This document shows, piece after piece, positions 49,225 through 62,234 of a DNA stretch of 64,000 bases. The translations under genes were made by a program, and so were the position numbers. The stretch's first letter is position 1. Each line of letters opens with the position of its first letter. The DNA is taken from NCBI GenBank assembly GCA_973895155.1, contig OZ316895.1, positions 14,442,225 through 14,506,224 on the forward strand, read 5' to 3'. The notes beneath the pieces were generated by a model. That model did not search any database. It was given only the letters and a program-made list of their open reading frames with translations, and was not told the origin of the DNA. Origin of the DNA: Marsupella aquatica. Its lineage: Eukaryota > Plantae > Marchantiophyta.

Positions 49225-49486
49225 TGCACATGACAACACCATACAAAGTAGTCGACACAGCGAATACGTGGTTCACCTCATGACCTAGGCTACGTCCACG
49301 GGAAAGCAAGAGACCTTTACTTCTCTCTTGCTCAACTCCAACAATGAACTGAAGATCCACTAGGGATTGGCACCAGCCCTGGCTATATACACAACAGCAC
49401 TACCGCTAACCTGAGCTAAGTCCTAACCTGAGTTAGCCTAACTGTGGTTAGCTCAAGAGTCACAAGACTAAGAGCAATACCTAACA
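49225..49486 (-). mobile_element. Partial LTR of the copia family
   Basis: TAGTCGACACAG..ATACGTGGTTCACC..GGCTACGTCCACGGGAA..CAGCCCTGGCTATATACACAACAGCACTA..CTAACA shared with the 344-bp LTR. Confidence 0.85.
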
Positions 49487-49517
49487 TATTTGGTATTCTG
49501 TAACTTTTTATGTCCGA

Positions 49518-49780
49518 AACCTTAATTACTAAGTTAAGGTCCATCAAGTTCTGAGTTTTGAGACCCCCTCTCATACAACTTTCTCTGGAGGAAACCTTAA
49601 CTACTTACTAAGTTAAGGTCCAAATATTAAATTCTGAGTCCTTTTATACAAGTTTTTCTGTCCTAGACCTTAATTACTAAGTTAAGGTCCATCAAATTCT
49701 GAGTCTTGAGACAGTCAATTATACAAATTTTCATGTATGAAACCTTAATCTTAATTTTAATTACTAAGTTAAGGTCCATC
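49518..49780. repeat. Four ~75-bp units with a palindromic core (ACCTTAATTACTAAGTTAAGGT)
   Basis: Cores at ~49519, ~49594, ~49667 and ~49742-49775. Confidence 0.85.
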
Positions 49781-50456
49781 ACATTGTCCTCACATGCTAG
49801 TTTTGAGACCCCTCGTACGTGTTTTGAGACTCCTTATTATGTAAGGATAACGGCATACTTAAGACGATTCCTTCACCACTCGCTGTGTGCATGTGGTAGT
49901 GGGTCCCTGGATCCCCTGTTTGGCGTCCAGACATATCCCCCCGGCAGCTTACCATTGCCCGTGCGCCCTTCATCCATGGTGCCACTAATCTCATCACCCA
50001 CCTCGGCAGCTGAACGAAGGAGTTCGTCGCTGCACGAGAAGAAATGGCGGAATGCGCTTGCTGGGCTGAGGGTTAGCAAACACTACACTAGCAGCAGAAG
50101 AATCAGCCGATCGCCCAGGCTTTGGATTCGGCCAGGAAGAGCGGAGCAGAGCTGCGATTCTGTTTTGATTTTCTTGCAGCTTTGGTTTTTGTTTCTGGAT
50201 GTGGCCTCGGTTTGAGCTGCACTAGGACCCATTGCTGCCCGGCAGAAAGCTGCAATTCAGGTGTGGATCTCGATCGGAGGCCAAAGCGAGTGCTCTTGGA
50301 GAAATTCGAGGATTGTGAGGTGCTGTTCCCCCATTTTTCCCATTTCAGCTGGGTTTCCGGTGTTCCTATCAATTGTAGTAGAGCTGGTCATTCAATTGAT
50401 GCTTGTCATCAGCACTGTGTTGAGTTTGGTGATTCTGGCCGTGAGAAATGCAGATT

Positions 50457-52965
50457 ATGGCTCAGTGTCTGCTTTCTGCTCCTTGGTTCGTACGGGGAGG
50501 AATCGTTGTTCCACACGAGGAAAGTGGACTACAGAATAAGGTCGCAGCCGGATTTACGAACTTGAAGTGCAATGCCACGTATGGTAATCATCTTGGCAAT
50601 TATCACAGTATTTCAAGTTACAAGAGGCAGCAGAAGAAGTTTGGTATGCCGGTGCCGTCAGGTTATGTCGCCGCGCTTCTAGGGGAACAGAAACTCACGG
50701 CAGCAGAGGGAAACTTTAATCCAGACACAGTGGAAGAAGCAATAAGTCAGGTATTTCCCATTCCCATATCGTCAAGTTCTCGATTTCCTCATTTTTCGGA
50801 CATGAGCATTCAAATCTCAGATCTTGCAACTTGGAAAAGCAATGCTGCCGTCAGGAGCCTGGGTGTTGACCATAGGTTCCGGTGATGTGCCAGTAGGCAT
50901 GGGGAGCTGTGCAAAGGGCCGTCGCGGATGGCAAGAAACGGCAACAGCTGCAGATTCTGCTTCCGGTGGACCAACGCCAATTCAACTATCGTGATACTGA
51001 ACCCAGGTCGGTAGACTGCACGGCATGGCTATCTGGTTGTCTCTAATTGCTGGGGAGACCTTCGTAACCTTGGTTGGAATTCTGGAACATAATGATTCCC
51101 TAGTAGTCATCATTGTGGTGCTCACATTCCCTTTTAGTGAATTGAGGTAGGGACTACTGAGTTGGTTTAGTAGGTCCTTGGGCATTAGTCAACCAGAAGG
51201 AAAGGTTTATTCTCATCGGACTGGGGACTCTCAGCTTGACAAGGGAAAATGTCAAGTTGTAGTTCATGCTGTAAGTGCAGGGATTATCCTTGTGGCATAG
51301 GTGAAGAATTTGCAGTATGCCAAAAGGTCGTGTCTGCACTATTTAAGCAAAAGGAGAAGAAGGAACTTATCTCAAGACGTATTGGGGAAGCTGACAATGA
51401 GATGGATCCTGTGGGCCTGATTTACCCCGCTGATAAGTCTATTGCTGCGATTGTATTCCCTATTACCGAGACATTGAAGCAGGTATGTACTTCGTTGATT
51501 CTGAAATCGCTCCAAAAAAGTACGTCTTTCAATGATCAATTCTGACGATCTACAACATGTATGACTTATTGTAGTAGTTTGGTTGCAGTTAGCTGGGTAG
51601 CTAATGTCATCAATACAACCAAAGGACGAGCGACTGACAAAACCTGTTGGCACAGAAAAACTACTTTTGGGCTTACCTTCCAACAAATGCTTGTGAAATT
51701 GTATCTTGTGACAACAGATACAATTTATTCTTGATAAACATTGACTGGATGTATATTCGTACAATGCTGTCTGATGTCAGATTGAGTCTCTTGCCAGCAA
51801 AGATGAGAACATGCCTTTGCTACTTGTAAATCCACAATGGCGGTCAGCAGGCAATATTGTGTCGGATTTTGGCTTTGGTCCATGGAGAAGGTACAACGTT
51901 TTTGGATATTCATGATTTGAATTTTCGGGAAGAGCTAACGAAGAATCACGTATTACAGAGTCTGTCAGACACAGCTTTCTGGTCTAAGCTATAGCTATGG
52001 GACTGATCATAACAAGAAGCTCAGATGACTTTGGCAGATTTTTAGCTCTAATGTCTTGTCCTCTGTTCTGACTGACAACAGGAAGAAGGAAGAATTCGTT
52101 AACACGTTTACGACAACTTACACATTGTTGGAGCAGCGAGTCGGAGAGGCCTCCAATGTAACGCAAGGCTTTGGTGGAGTTGTGAGAATATTGAAATGCT
52201 ACCCAGGTGACTGGCGAGTAAGGTTCCTCGCACCATCAGAACCTATAACTTGGCACAACTCCTTGTAAAGAAGTACACATAGCAGCTACTAAACAAAACA
52301 GATTGAGAGCAATTGCAAAGCTTGGTATCTCTAAAAGTTGTCTTCAAAACCAATTCTGGTACGCGTCCTATTTCCTAAATAGGATATCGTATTGGATAGC
52401 AAGAACGCTGATGCGATACACTTTATGATATCATAATTTGGGATAAAATAGTGCCTACTAAGTAGCGGGCAAGCTAACTCGAAATGGAATCAATTTTGTG
52501 GGATAGGTGTATCTCATGGATCCAGACGGTACAAGTGAAATGATTGGGGAGTATCCCGAAAGACCCTCATACAAAGTTCTCGAGCAGCTCGTAATTGAGG
52601 TACGAGCTTACTCATTAGTTGAAGACCTGCAATAGCCATTTGCTTCACTAGAAGGATTACATCTCCAAGTTTACATATCAGCTCTAGTTTGAATTCTGGT
52701 CCTGCCTGACCGATCTATCTCATAAATTCTGTACTTACAGGCAAGGAAAACAATACCTTGGAAAGCTCCCCCTCGGATCCTGGGTGGATCGGAGCCAGCA
52801 CCTCCTCCTCTACCGAAGTCCTTATCAGGATACTTGGCAGACGCCGATATTGATGAAATGGACGTGGTGGAAGTAAGACGAGCTCTTATGGCTCTGGGTC
52901 TTCCCAGCTCTGGAAGAATTGCTATATTGAAAGATAGACTGAAAGAAGCTCAGAAGAAGATGTAA
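50457..52965 (+). CDS. DUF1995-family protein with C-terminal SAP domain, probably plastid-targeted
   Basis: Seven exons: ...PDTVEEAISQ-AWGAVQRAVADGKKRQQLQILLP...IVFP...PLLLVNPQWRSAGNIVSDFGFGPWRRKKEEFVNTF...VRILKCYPGDWR-VYLM...RPSYKVLE...IDEMDVVEVRRALMALGLPSSGRIAILKDRLKEAQKKM-TAA. N-terminus resembles a transit peptide. Confidence 0.8.
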
Positions 52966-54080
52966 AGACCAGTCCAACCAATGTGACTTATGTAGTTATG
53001 ATCAGCAACAGACTAATTCGGTTTAAAGAGTTTTGTGCTCGAATCTATCTCGTGCAGGTCGACAATATTCGAATGTTTTTGGAAGAGACGAGTGGCAACC
53101 CTCTCATATGGTATGACGTATTAGTTCGTTACCGGGAAGCACATCAACAGGCATTGCCATACGAAAAGTGCTTAGAAGATCACTTCTTTCTTTCAAATCG
53201 ATTGACGACAGGTTGTATCAAATGCTGTTTGAAAACGTTCGAGGCAAATTCCTGCCGGGCAGCGGGAAGCAATCCTGTGATTGTAACTGAATGGAATTTA
53301 GTAATATCTAATGTCATAACTCGTAAATTTGGTCCAATGTGCGAATCAAGCAAGTTGCCATCACATCTAGTTTTCATGCGACAAATTTGGCAAAATACCG
53401 TCTTCTGTATTAGTGACAAAATACCGTCCACCTCAAATGCAACTGACTTGCTCACTTCCGCAATCAGCGATGAAAAGCCCATAGTTCTCACTCGTTGCAT
53501 AAATCGACAGTGAAAACCTGTAGCCCCACCTGCGGTGAGGTTCTGACACTTCTAAAATATTACAAAGCGAATACTACGAGTGTCTATCATGCTTTAGTTT
53601 GAACCCTAAGAACCATGGGCCCTTCGCGTTTTGGGCCATGTCTTCAACAGAGCCCACTTCAAATCCTGGAAGATTTGCCTTAGGGCAGGGACTAAGCACA
53701 CTAATGACAAAAAAGGCCCTGCAGTGCTTGCAATTACTGTGCTGGCTCTAACTACCACATTTCCCTGGTTCATTTTAACGAACTCATTGCCCCGGTCGTA
53801 GAAGTTCTAAACATGTTCTGAAGAATTGACAGGGTAACGTTTTGAGTCCCTTCATGGTACATGTTTTTATTCTACATCTGATGGGTCCGTGTTAAATTTT
53901 GAATCCTACGAACCCGCCAACCGTGAAGAGCGCCATCTCCAGTACTTCCATCAGCTTGCCGGAAACAGGCCAAAATGGAATGCAGATTTAGTGGTAACAC
54001 AGGCCCTGCCAGTGGCTGGTCCTGGGTAGCATTCCATGTTTGACTGGTTGTATAGAAGATCAAGTTTGCTCTTATCAGCT

Positions 54081-57000
54081 TTACGCCTCCCAATCAGAAG
54101 TTTGTTTGGCGTCAAATTCTTCTGAGGTTTCGTCTATTCTCGCCAATGCTCTTCTTGCCTGTTTCACAGCAATTGAGATGCGCGGTTAAAAATGGGGAAA
54201 GTCTCACGGGGAAGCACATCAGCTCCTTCCCCTCCTCGTAGCACTTTTGCCATGGAAACATTGTATCTTCGAAAGATGATATCCGTTAAAGGAATGTCGA
54301 TTAACTGTTAGGTGTTCGTCTTAGGTCGGATGAGTATTTCGAATATGATTCTCTGGTGACATGCACAGTAATAAAGAAACGAACAGCAACATAACTTTCG
54401 ATGATGTAAACTCTCCTAAATATGAGCAGTTGTGTGGATACTCTGAAGGAAATCAAATACTACCTCGTAGACCCAATCGGTTTTTCCTGCGAGCACGGTT
54501 TGGCCCACAATCTGCACAAAGACTCCAACCATCATACCCCACCACAGTCCCTGCAGAAGTACACCTTCCACATAAGAAAGAGGAAGAATCACTCATCCTC
54601 GCATACAAATCCACTGACGACGACGGCAAGTTCCGGATCATCCAACAAACTGGGAGCTTCCGTTGACGAGTTAAACATGGGAAAGAAATTAAATGGAGGA
54701 AAACATATTAATTCGCAACTAAGTTCAACAGCATTGTGCACCGCTAATTATATCTCAGCCTCAATTTGCAGTTTACGGCAGCCACAATGATTTCCCAGAG
54801 CGCTCAATTGTTCGCAGTTTGACATCGAATGTAATGAGTCAAACAATTCAAAGTTGAACTTGCTGGGTTGATGCATACCTGCACGCCAAACTGTTTTCTA
54901 ATTCCAATGTAGTAGGCAGCTGGTAAGGCAATGCCATACAGAGCCACACCGTTAACAATAGAGCCACCAAGCTGCTGACCTGATCCCCTCAGTACTCCTG
55001 ACATTCATCGACACGAACCGCTTGTTACAAAGTGGGCTGGAATAGAAGGTGCTGCCATTCCTTTTCTCAGGGGAAAAAGGTAGCCAGCTTTCATATCCCA
55101 GCATCCACCTCAAGACGGACAGCTCTTCAACCTCAAAAATTAAATATAGTGTTATGGTCTCTATGCAATTCCAGCCCAAAACACGGCCGCAGGAGCTTCC
55201 AAGATATACTTTACCTGATAAGACAGTGCTCAATGACACCCCAACTATCGAAATTACGATACTGGGCATCAGAGAAGCAACGAGCTGTACCACCTCCGTT
55301 TCAGAAGGGTTCGTGAAGAGAAGGGCCCACTCATTGCGAGAAACAATGAGCACTATTGCTAGTATTCCACCCGCTATTGTCGCCAAAACCAAACCAACAC
55401 ATCCTGCCCATTTTGCTCTTCCTGGCCTCTGAGCACCGAGTTCATTTGCTACTCGAACACTGCTTGACAGCCAACGTTAGATGAGTGTTAGAGGTATATT
55501 GCTCGCAACTGACCGAAGATGGATATTTGAAACAACCCACACATTTTGCTTTCCTCCATTTCATCCTTTTCTTGTGATACGTTAAGCGAAACAGAGGGCA
55601 CTAAGAACAGGGTCAATGTGCAGCTCACCCGACTGATGTAGCAAGCCCAAGCGGCAGCATGAAGCACAATCCAATAGTTTGGAAGCTGTCCATGTAACAA
55701 TTGTCAGGTACTGAAATCTCTTCGTCATCTTCTTTTGTTAGCTTTATTTGTATATAAGCCAGAGAATTTTGGCATCAGTACTAAAGTGTTGCAGTAAGCA
55801 CGAGAAGTCACTGAAAAAGTCGTCCCTAAAATAATTTATTGAATTGAGAAGCTGACCTTATGGTCATGGCTGACACATTCACATCTGGATGAGGTAACCA
55901 TCCTGCCATTATCTGAATAATCTCAAAGACCCACCATTCAAAGCTGACAAGGGCCAAAACAGAACAATGTAACAGATTATAAGAGAATGTAAGATGTGGA
56001 CAAGAGAAAGGAAAGGACATTTCATCAAAGAAAGGAACCACAGGTTCAGAGAGTATGCTGGCCCAGGCTCATAGACAAGTCTGTAGCCTTGTAATTCAAC
56101 GGACCGCACATTCTAATGACACTTTGAAATCTGTCATTTACAAGGGCATGTACAGACCAGATACTGTAGTTCATCTCTTTCTCAGAATAGTTGATGATAA
56201 CTTACGAGGTCATGGCACAAGCTGGCAGAGCTAGAGAAAGAAATGGGCCCAAATTCCGAAAAGCCGCTAGTGTCCAACCAGGCCAGGTACGCTCAAGGAT
56301 CCCAGATCGTTCGAAGTTCAGATACAGCACCAGCAGTATTAAAGTAAAGGTGTTTGAGGCACTATTGGAGATCGAGGCCCCAATATAGCCCAACTTGAGT
56401 GCATAGATAAAAAACCAGCACAGAGGGACGTGCAGACATAAAACCATGCAAGAGATGAAGGCCAGGGGGGAGGTAACCCCTTGCACTTGTAAGAACTTAA
56501 CCACCGGCAGGAAGCAAGCTGTTGCAAAGAGACCTGGAAGCATGTACAACACGTATTTTCCTGACAACTCAACAATTTCTGGGGCCTGCATCCAGAAAAA
56601 AACAGTGCGATTATCTTCTACTTTCGCATCGTCCAAGCCATGTAGTCCAAATTAAGAAAAGGACAGTGAATGCCCCTAAAGTCTTTCCAGTTAAATAATA
56701 TCAAAGCTACCTGGCCCCAGAAGAGAAGGACTGCCGGTGAATATAGCCAAAGGATGCTGATTGGTATGCAAAACATCAACAGGACAAGAATCCCACGTTG
56801 AAGCAGAAGACCTGTCAGTTGATGCTGCCCAGCACCGTGAGCTTGTCCAGCACTGGTTTCTAGTCCACCAGACAAACCCTCCTGCAAAACTCCTAGCACT
56901 TAGACATCTTGGGTCATTCAAATTAACAAGAAGCTAGATAATCGAATCCTTTGCCTTGGATTCCGCCCATACATAAGCTTTGCGATTGTTACAAAGATCC

Positions 57001-58053
57001 AAGACAGGCCAGCATCAGCCCCATCCTTGCCAAGTAGATATAAGGATACCGTAGTATATATTCAAACCCAAAGGGGGCACAGTGTCCTGAATTTAAGCCC
57101 AAACCAGATAAGCTGTTGGATATGCTGTCTGCATGTTCCGATAAATTTCCTTTGAATTCTTCTCTTTTCCAAGGCTAGCAACCACCCTACAATCCAACCG
57201 GGAGCGAAGGGATTTGCACTTAGAGAGTCAACCAACTATTCCCTCTACCTGTGAGCTACGATATTTCGTCCTCAACCTCTAGGCCCAACAGCGCTTGCTC
57301 TCCAATTCTTGTCTAGCGTTCCTTGGGAAATTGCACGAAATTATAAACTTACTCTCCTATGGGGCTGTACCCCGTCGCTTTATTTAAAAAGCCGAGTGGA
57401 AGAATGAAAACCAAATTCTCAGAAGCAGAAGTGCAAAGTATGATTCGGATTGACGACATGTTCGCATTTTTTGTGTCATTTACATCACTCATTGACGGAC
57501 AAGGTGTCATGCACGCATGATATGGCAGGTATTCTAACAGAGACGCCGCACCGACACCAATTCCAGAGAACAAGAAGTCACACAACAGATGGAGAGCGAA
57601 TGAAGGAACTTTGATGTCCCCAAAAGAACCAAAGAGAAATGAGACGTAAATAAATGAATGAGCGAATGAATGGTCGTTCATAGGCCACACGGAGGGAAAT
57701 AGAGCGAGGACCACAGATGGGCCCGAGGGCATCATGAGACTTACGAGGATTGCAAAACCAAATACGTTGGCGAAGCTGGCGGCCATCGCAGCTCCAGCAA
57801 GGGGAAGAGCACCCAATCGCCCCACAAAAGCGACGGAGACGAGGGCCACAGAGAAGTCCAACAAGCCCATCATCACCACAGGTGTGCCCAGACGGACCTG
57901 GTGCTTAGCCTCTTTCCGTGCCTCCTCCAATGCCGGCCTTTCGTGCAATCCGATATCTTCCTTGCTACGGGTCTCTAACAGCGGGGCCCCAAGACCGCCA
58001 ACTTCATGATGCCCATTTCCCGCATGGGAATCTCCATTCCCTCGAGCTTCCAT
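54081..58053 (-). CDS. MATE / DETOXIFICATION family efflux transporter
   Basis: Nine exons: VSVAFVGRLGALPLAGAAMA..., GLETSAGQAHGA, FLQVQG, FEWWVFEI, VRVANELGA, VLSGVLRGSGQQ, GLWWGMMVG..TDWVYE-ARRALARI...WEA-TAA. Confidence 0.95.
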
Positions 58054-60599
58054 TTTGAAACCCTCGACTGCAAGTCAGTTCTGTCCTAAAAGGTGCCCTT
58101 AATAGTGCATCTGGCGTGTAACACTTTAGTACTCAAGCACTACTCCGTCCTTAGTCTGCCTGTCTGTGTGTGCAATTCCCAACTTTATGAATCACGCGAC
58201 CCAATCACTGACTTCAATTTCTACGGACGGGCCAACTCCTTCCCACTGCGGTTTTTTCCGAATGCTCACGGTCTCGACAATGCTTGATCGGCAAATAGAC
58301 CAATGCACGACCTTTTTCCATCCATTTCAAAACGTTCCGGTCGACTATAGTAATCAAATGCTTGCAATTCAGAACAGATCAGACAGAACAGAGCCAAGAT
58401 TGCGTCACAATAACTGGGAGTGCTCGATCTTTATTAAACCCCCAGCGAACGCATTTTCCTCGTCTCCAATCTTCTCTCGATCGAGATAAATCTCCAGATG
58501 TCCCTCCTTGTCTGCTGCTCTTCGTCCGTAGACACCCACACACCCACCAGCATCTATTAAGGTGGAAGGAACGATGCTCCGGGCGTAGGTCAATCACAGC
58601 TAGCATTAACATTCCTCTGACTGGAGAACTGCACTTCCAGCTGGCAAACAGCTGTGGACAACATGAACGAAGGGCTGATCACATGAGAAAGTCTGACAAG
58701 CAGATGCACAAACCCATCACGTACAAAGACATTTGCTCGAAGATCCGAATTGCCTGTTTTCAATATGCTCTCCCGTCGCTACTGCCTCAAACTTTCCCCT
58801 CCCAGGTGCCACCCGCAACGCACTCCACCGATGAGGGCAGCCAACTGAGGGAGCGAAGATCCGGATTGACCGTCAGAATCAATTCCGAATATTGATACAG
58901 TTAGGCAAATGAGACAAGAATGGTGCAAATAACAGTGGCATTTCCTCAGAACGAGACTTTACGCTCGTACGTTTCTCCAGAATTATCTTCGTTTTGCAAA
59001 CTCGCCTTGATTGATTCTACAAAAGATCGTTCTTCATGAATGTGCAAGTGAAACTCTAAGAGGGGCAATCCCGTCTTGACCTGTGTCCAATTCAAAGATG
59101 GAGTTACCAATCTTTGCCTCGTTTTCAAATCCACTTTGTCAGACTGGAAACGCTGGATTCATTCACACAATCAGAATCATTGGCCGCAATACACAAAGAG
59201 GATTTCACGTTCAGTGGTTCGAAGACTAGTCGAACCACAAAGTCTATGACTTCGCTTTGGAATGCCAAGTGATGATGCACATGTGCATACACAATTGGTG
59301 AAAAACCAAGGATTACTGCATCTAATCTCATGAATGAGGTTGTTCAAAAGTCGAGACCTCCGACCACATTTGGTAGTTACAGTACAAACCTTCGCTGGGA
59401 TGTGACAAGTACGAACTACCAAGCATTTCTTACAGTACAATTCTACTGCAACAGTAATAAGTTGTCTCTCATAGAAGAGCCTACTTTAGTAATCCACTAA
59501 CTTAGGTCTCGGTAGCTGCTTGGGACGATTGATGCATTCCCCAATCCAGCCAGGCAGGAAATAAACTAAGACCCAAGGACGAGAGAATGAGAACTCGGGA
59601 AGCGACGCTATCCCAAATCTCGAAACTGGTGCCGACCAGACCACGCCTTTCCGCAGCTGGGAGGAAGACACGGCGCTCAACTGGGTCCGTAATCAGGCGA
59701 CTCGTTGCTTCAGCTTTCTCCACAACAGTACGATCCTCCCCGGTTGTTCTTTGCACCACCGATAACTACGCTCGTACTAATAAAACGCGTGAAACTTGAT
59801 CAAAAGTGCAGCAATTCATTAGTCTATCTGGTGATATGATCATATTACCACCAACAGCTGCTGACGAACTCGATTGCATTCGTTCTAGGGATTACGTGAC
59901 TGAATCTACACACCTCCACCCACGAGACTGTTGTGTCAGCAGGACAGTCACCGAGATTCGCCACTCGTCGTCCTTAGTACTCCGCAACGTCTTCGAGGGT
60001 TAGATTCTCAGCAGCTTGTACTGTAGTACTGCAGCAGGTAATTCAGGGAGCTTTGTCGACAAACCTATCGATTCCTCGGCTCCGTTTGGGTTGGTCTCCA
60101 CTATTCCCAGACGTCACACTCCACCTGCCTCATGTTCAGAGCAGCAGACCCAACAAATTCATCATCAGAAACAGAGGACGGCTCTCTGATGATGAGAAGA
60201 GGGACAATACGGTAGAGCTGGTGCAGGAGTGTCGAAGCAGAATCGCCTCAGATTGGATGGTTTCAATTCGTAATCGGACACGAGGAGATCACCTATTAGT
60301 ACAGCAGTTGGCGGGCACGCGTTGGTCGATGGGAAGATGGAGTTTCGTACTTCGTGAAAAGCTCGAACAGAACAGAGCGCGAGAAACGAGGACACACTCA
60401 TGCGGGGATTTCTTTGGATCCATTTTCTTCTAGGGGGTCACAAAGGGAATCTCAAACCTCAGCATCTGATGCTTAACTTAGTAGTTAAGGTTAATTGAGG
60501 AATCCAAATTCATGATCAGAGGATTCAGAGGTCTCGTGGATCATGATCTGAATACACAAGGCCAGTTCATCAATAGGGCGTTCGTTCACCAATAGGGCG

Positions 60600-61331
60600 T
60601 CTCAAAATTTACCATTTATTAAACTAACATTTCTCAAACCCTCAGAACTAACATTTATCAAACTAACATTTCTCAAAGCCTACAATTTCATAGACTATCA
60701 TTCATAGTCTATGACTTTTTGCAATAAGGATTGTTCTTATGCCATTACCATGTCAGTATATAAGCATGGATTGGTCTTATGCCGTTACCATGTCAATATA
60801 TAAGCATTTCTCAAAGCTGACAATTTCATGGACTATGAAATTAGTAGTCCATGACTTTTTGCAATAAGGATTCATTTGGTCTTATGCCATTTACCATCAT
60901 TCACTAGTCACTGTATTAAAAAAAAAAAACTTTTACGCAGCCTTGTAAAAAATTATGACCATTCATTTGTGGCCAAATGTCATAATTCATGATCCATAAC
61001 TTTCTATCATAAATTGGTCATGTGTTCTGACGTACAGTAAATAAAGCTTTGGATTACCATATGTTATGACAGTACGTAAAGCTGTGGATTACCAAATTCA
61101 GTATCCATAACTTTCTGTCATAAAGATAGGTTATATGTTATGACCACAAGTAAAGCTATGGACTACCAAATTCATGCCTAATAACTTTCTGCCATAAAGA
61201 TTGTCATATGTAATGGTCATATGTGATGACCACAAGTCTATGTAGAAGCTAGTGGAAGTTTTACATGCCATGTGAAAATGCTGTGACCATTTGCTTTGGG
61301 CCAAAATCCATCATTGGTAGCTATGAAGCTT
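60600..61331. repeat. AT-rich composite tandem repeats (probable DNA-transposon subterminal region)
   Basis: Repeated AACTAACATTTCTCAAA, CTTATGCCATTACCATGTCA, TGACTTTTTGCAATAAGGATT and CCATAACTTTCT.TCATAAA units. Confidence 0.7.
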
Positions 61332-61769
61332 GTTGTTGAGAAGCCCCATTATGTCACTCCCAAAATTGAACAAAATTACCAACGTGCTTTCTAAATTACT
61401 ATACTATTCCCTTGCAAGGATAGGTGGGCCATAAATAACTCAAATAATAGGAATAGCCCTAACTACCCGTTGTTCTTTGAACATAAATAGAGGTGAGGAC
61501 AATAAAGTGTCGACAAATTATATTCCCAAGTGTAATAAGAATAATGTAAGAAAACAGAAAAGGAAACCCAACTTGAGAGATTTCTCCATCAAGAGAAAGG
61601 TCCAGCATACAAAGTTTCATGGCTAAAAATTAGTGGAGGAAAGGTCAGGAAACCAAAATAGCTGAAAATTAAACCAAATTGCAGTGTAATTTACCAAACA
61701 CTTCCAGTTCCTTTAAGCCTCTATTCCCATTTCCTTTGGGTGTACTCTTGTTATGTTCCATTTCTTCTT

Positions 61770-62230
61770 TTGCTTTTCTTTTTTTTTAACTTTTTTTATT
61801 ACTGAAAAAGGCCCCAAGAAACCCACGGCGAGGACCAGAGGGGGGGCAAGGGGCGAAACCCAACAGCAAAGCAAAAGAACACCGGCAAAGGCCGCAGCAA
61901 CACTGGCGCCCAAGAAATAAAACCCCTGGGCCCTAGGTCAAGACTTTAGGGCGGGAATGAGTCCTAGTCAACCATCTACTAATGGCCAAAAAATGAATCC
62001 AACTACAATCCCACATCCAGTGCACAAAATGGCAGTCCCAATGGATGGGCCTCCAATGAGAGAAAGCAAAGGTACTAGGTTCAGAATAATCTCACCTAGT
62101 ATACCAATTCCTAAAGGACAAAGACCTTCTCTTAAGTTGCTTACTAGCTATTGTGATCAGAGTAGGAGGTGCTGCCACTACAAGCTTGCCAACCACCACC
62201 CAACCAAGGGGAGATGGGGCAGCTCATACA
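61770..62230 (-). mobile_element. Probable second LINE 3' fragment with A-rich tail
   Basis: T-rich tract on + (A tail on -) next to a GC-rich terminal stretch and a Trp-rich decayed frame; appears nested in the larger LINE. Confidence 0.35.
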
Positions 62231-62234
62231 AATT

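Noticed and set aside
49518-49780. Palindromic repeats as CRISPR repeats
   Set aside because: Intervening sequences are related to each other, the cores vary in length, and no cas genes are present.
52983-53513. 176-aa and 106-aa ORFs between convergent genes
   Set aside because: No motifs; they lie in the 3' UTR/intergenic zone.
36324-58053. YnfA plus MATE as a detoxification gene cluster
   Set aside because: They are 17 kb apart, separated by TEs and an unrelated gene, and MATEs are abundant in plants; nothing links them.
58093-60433. Multiple short ORFs upstream of MATE
   Set aside because: No recognisable protein; more likely a long 5' leader/intron or promoter region.
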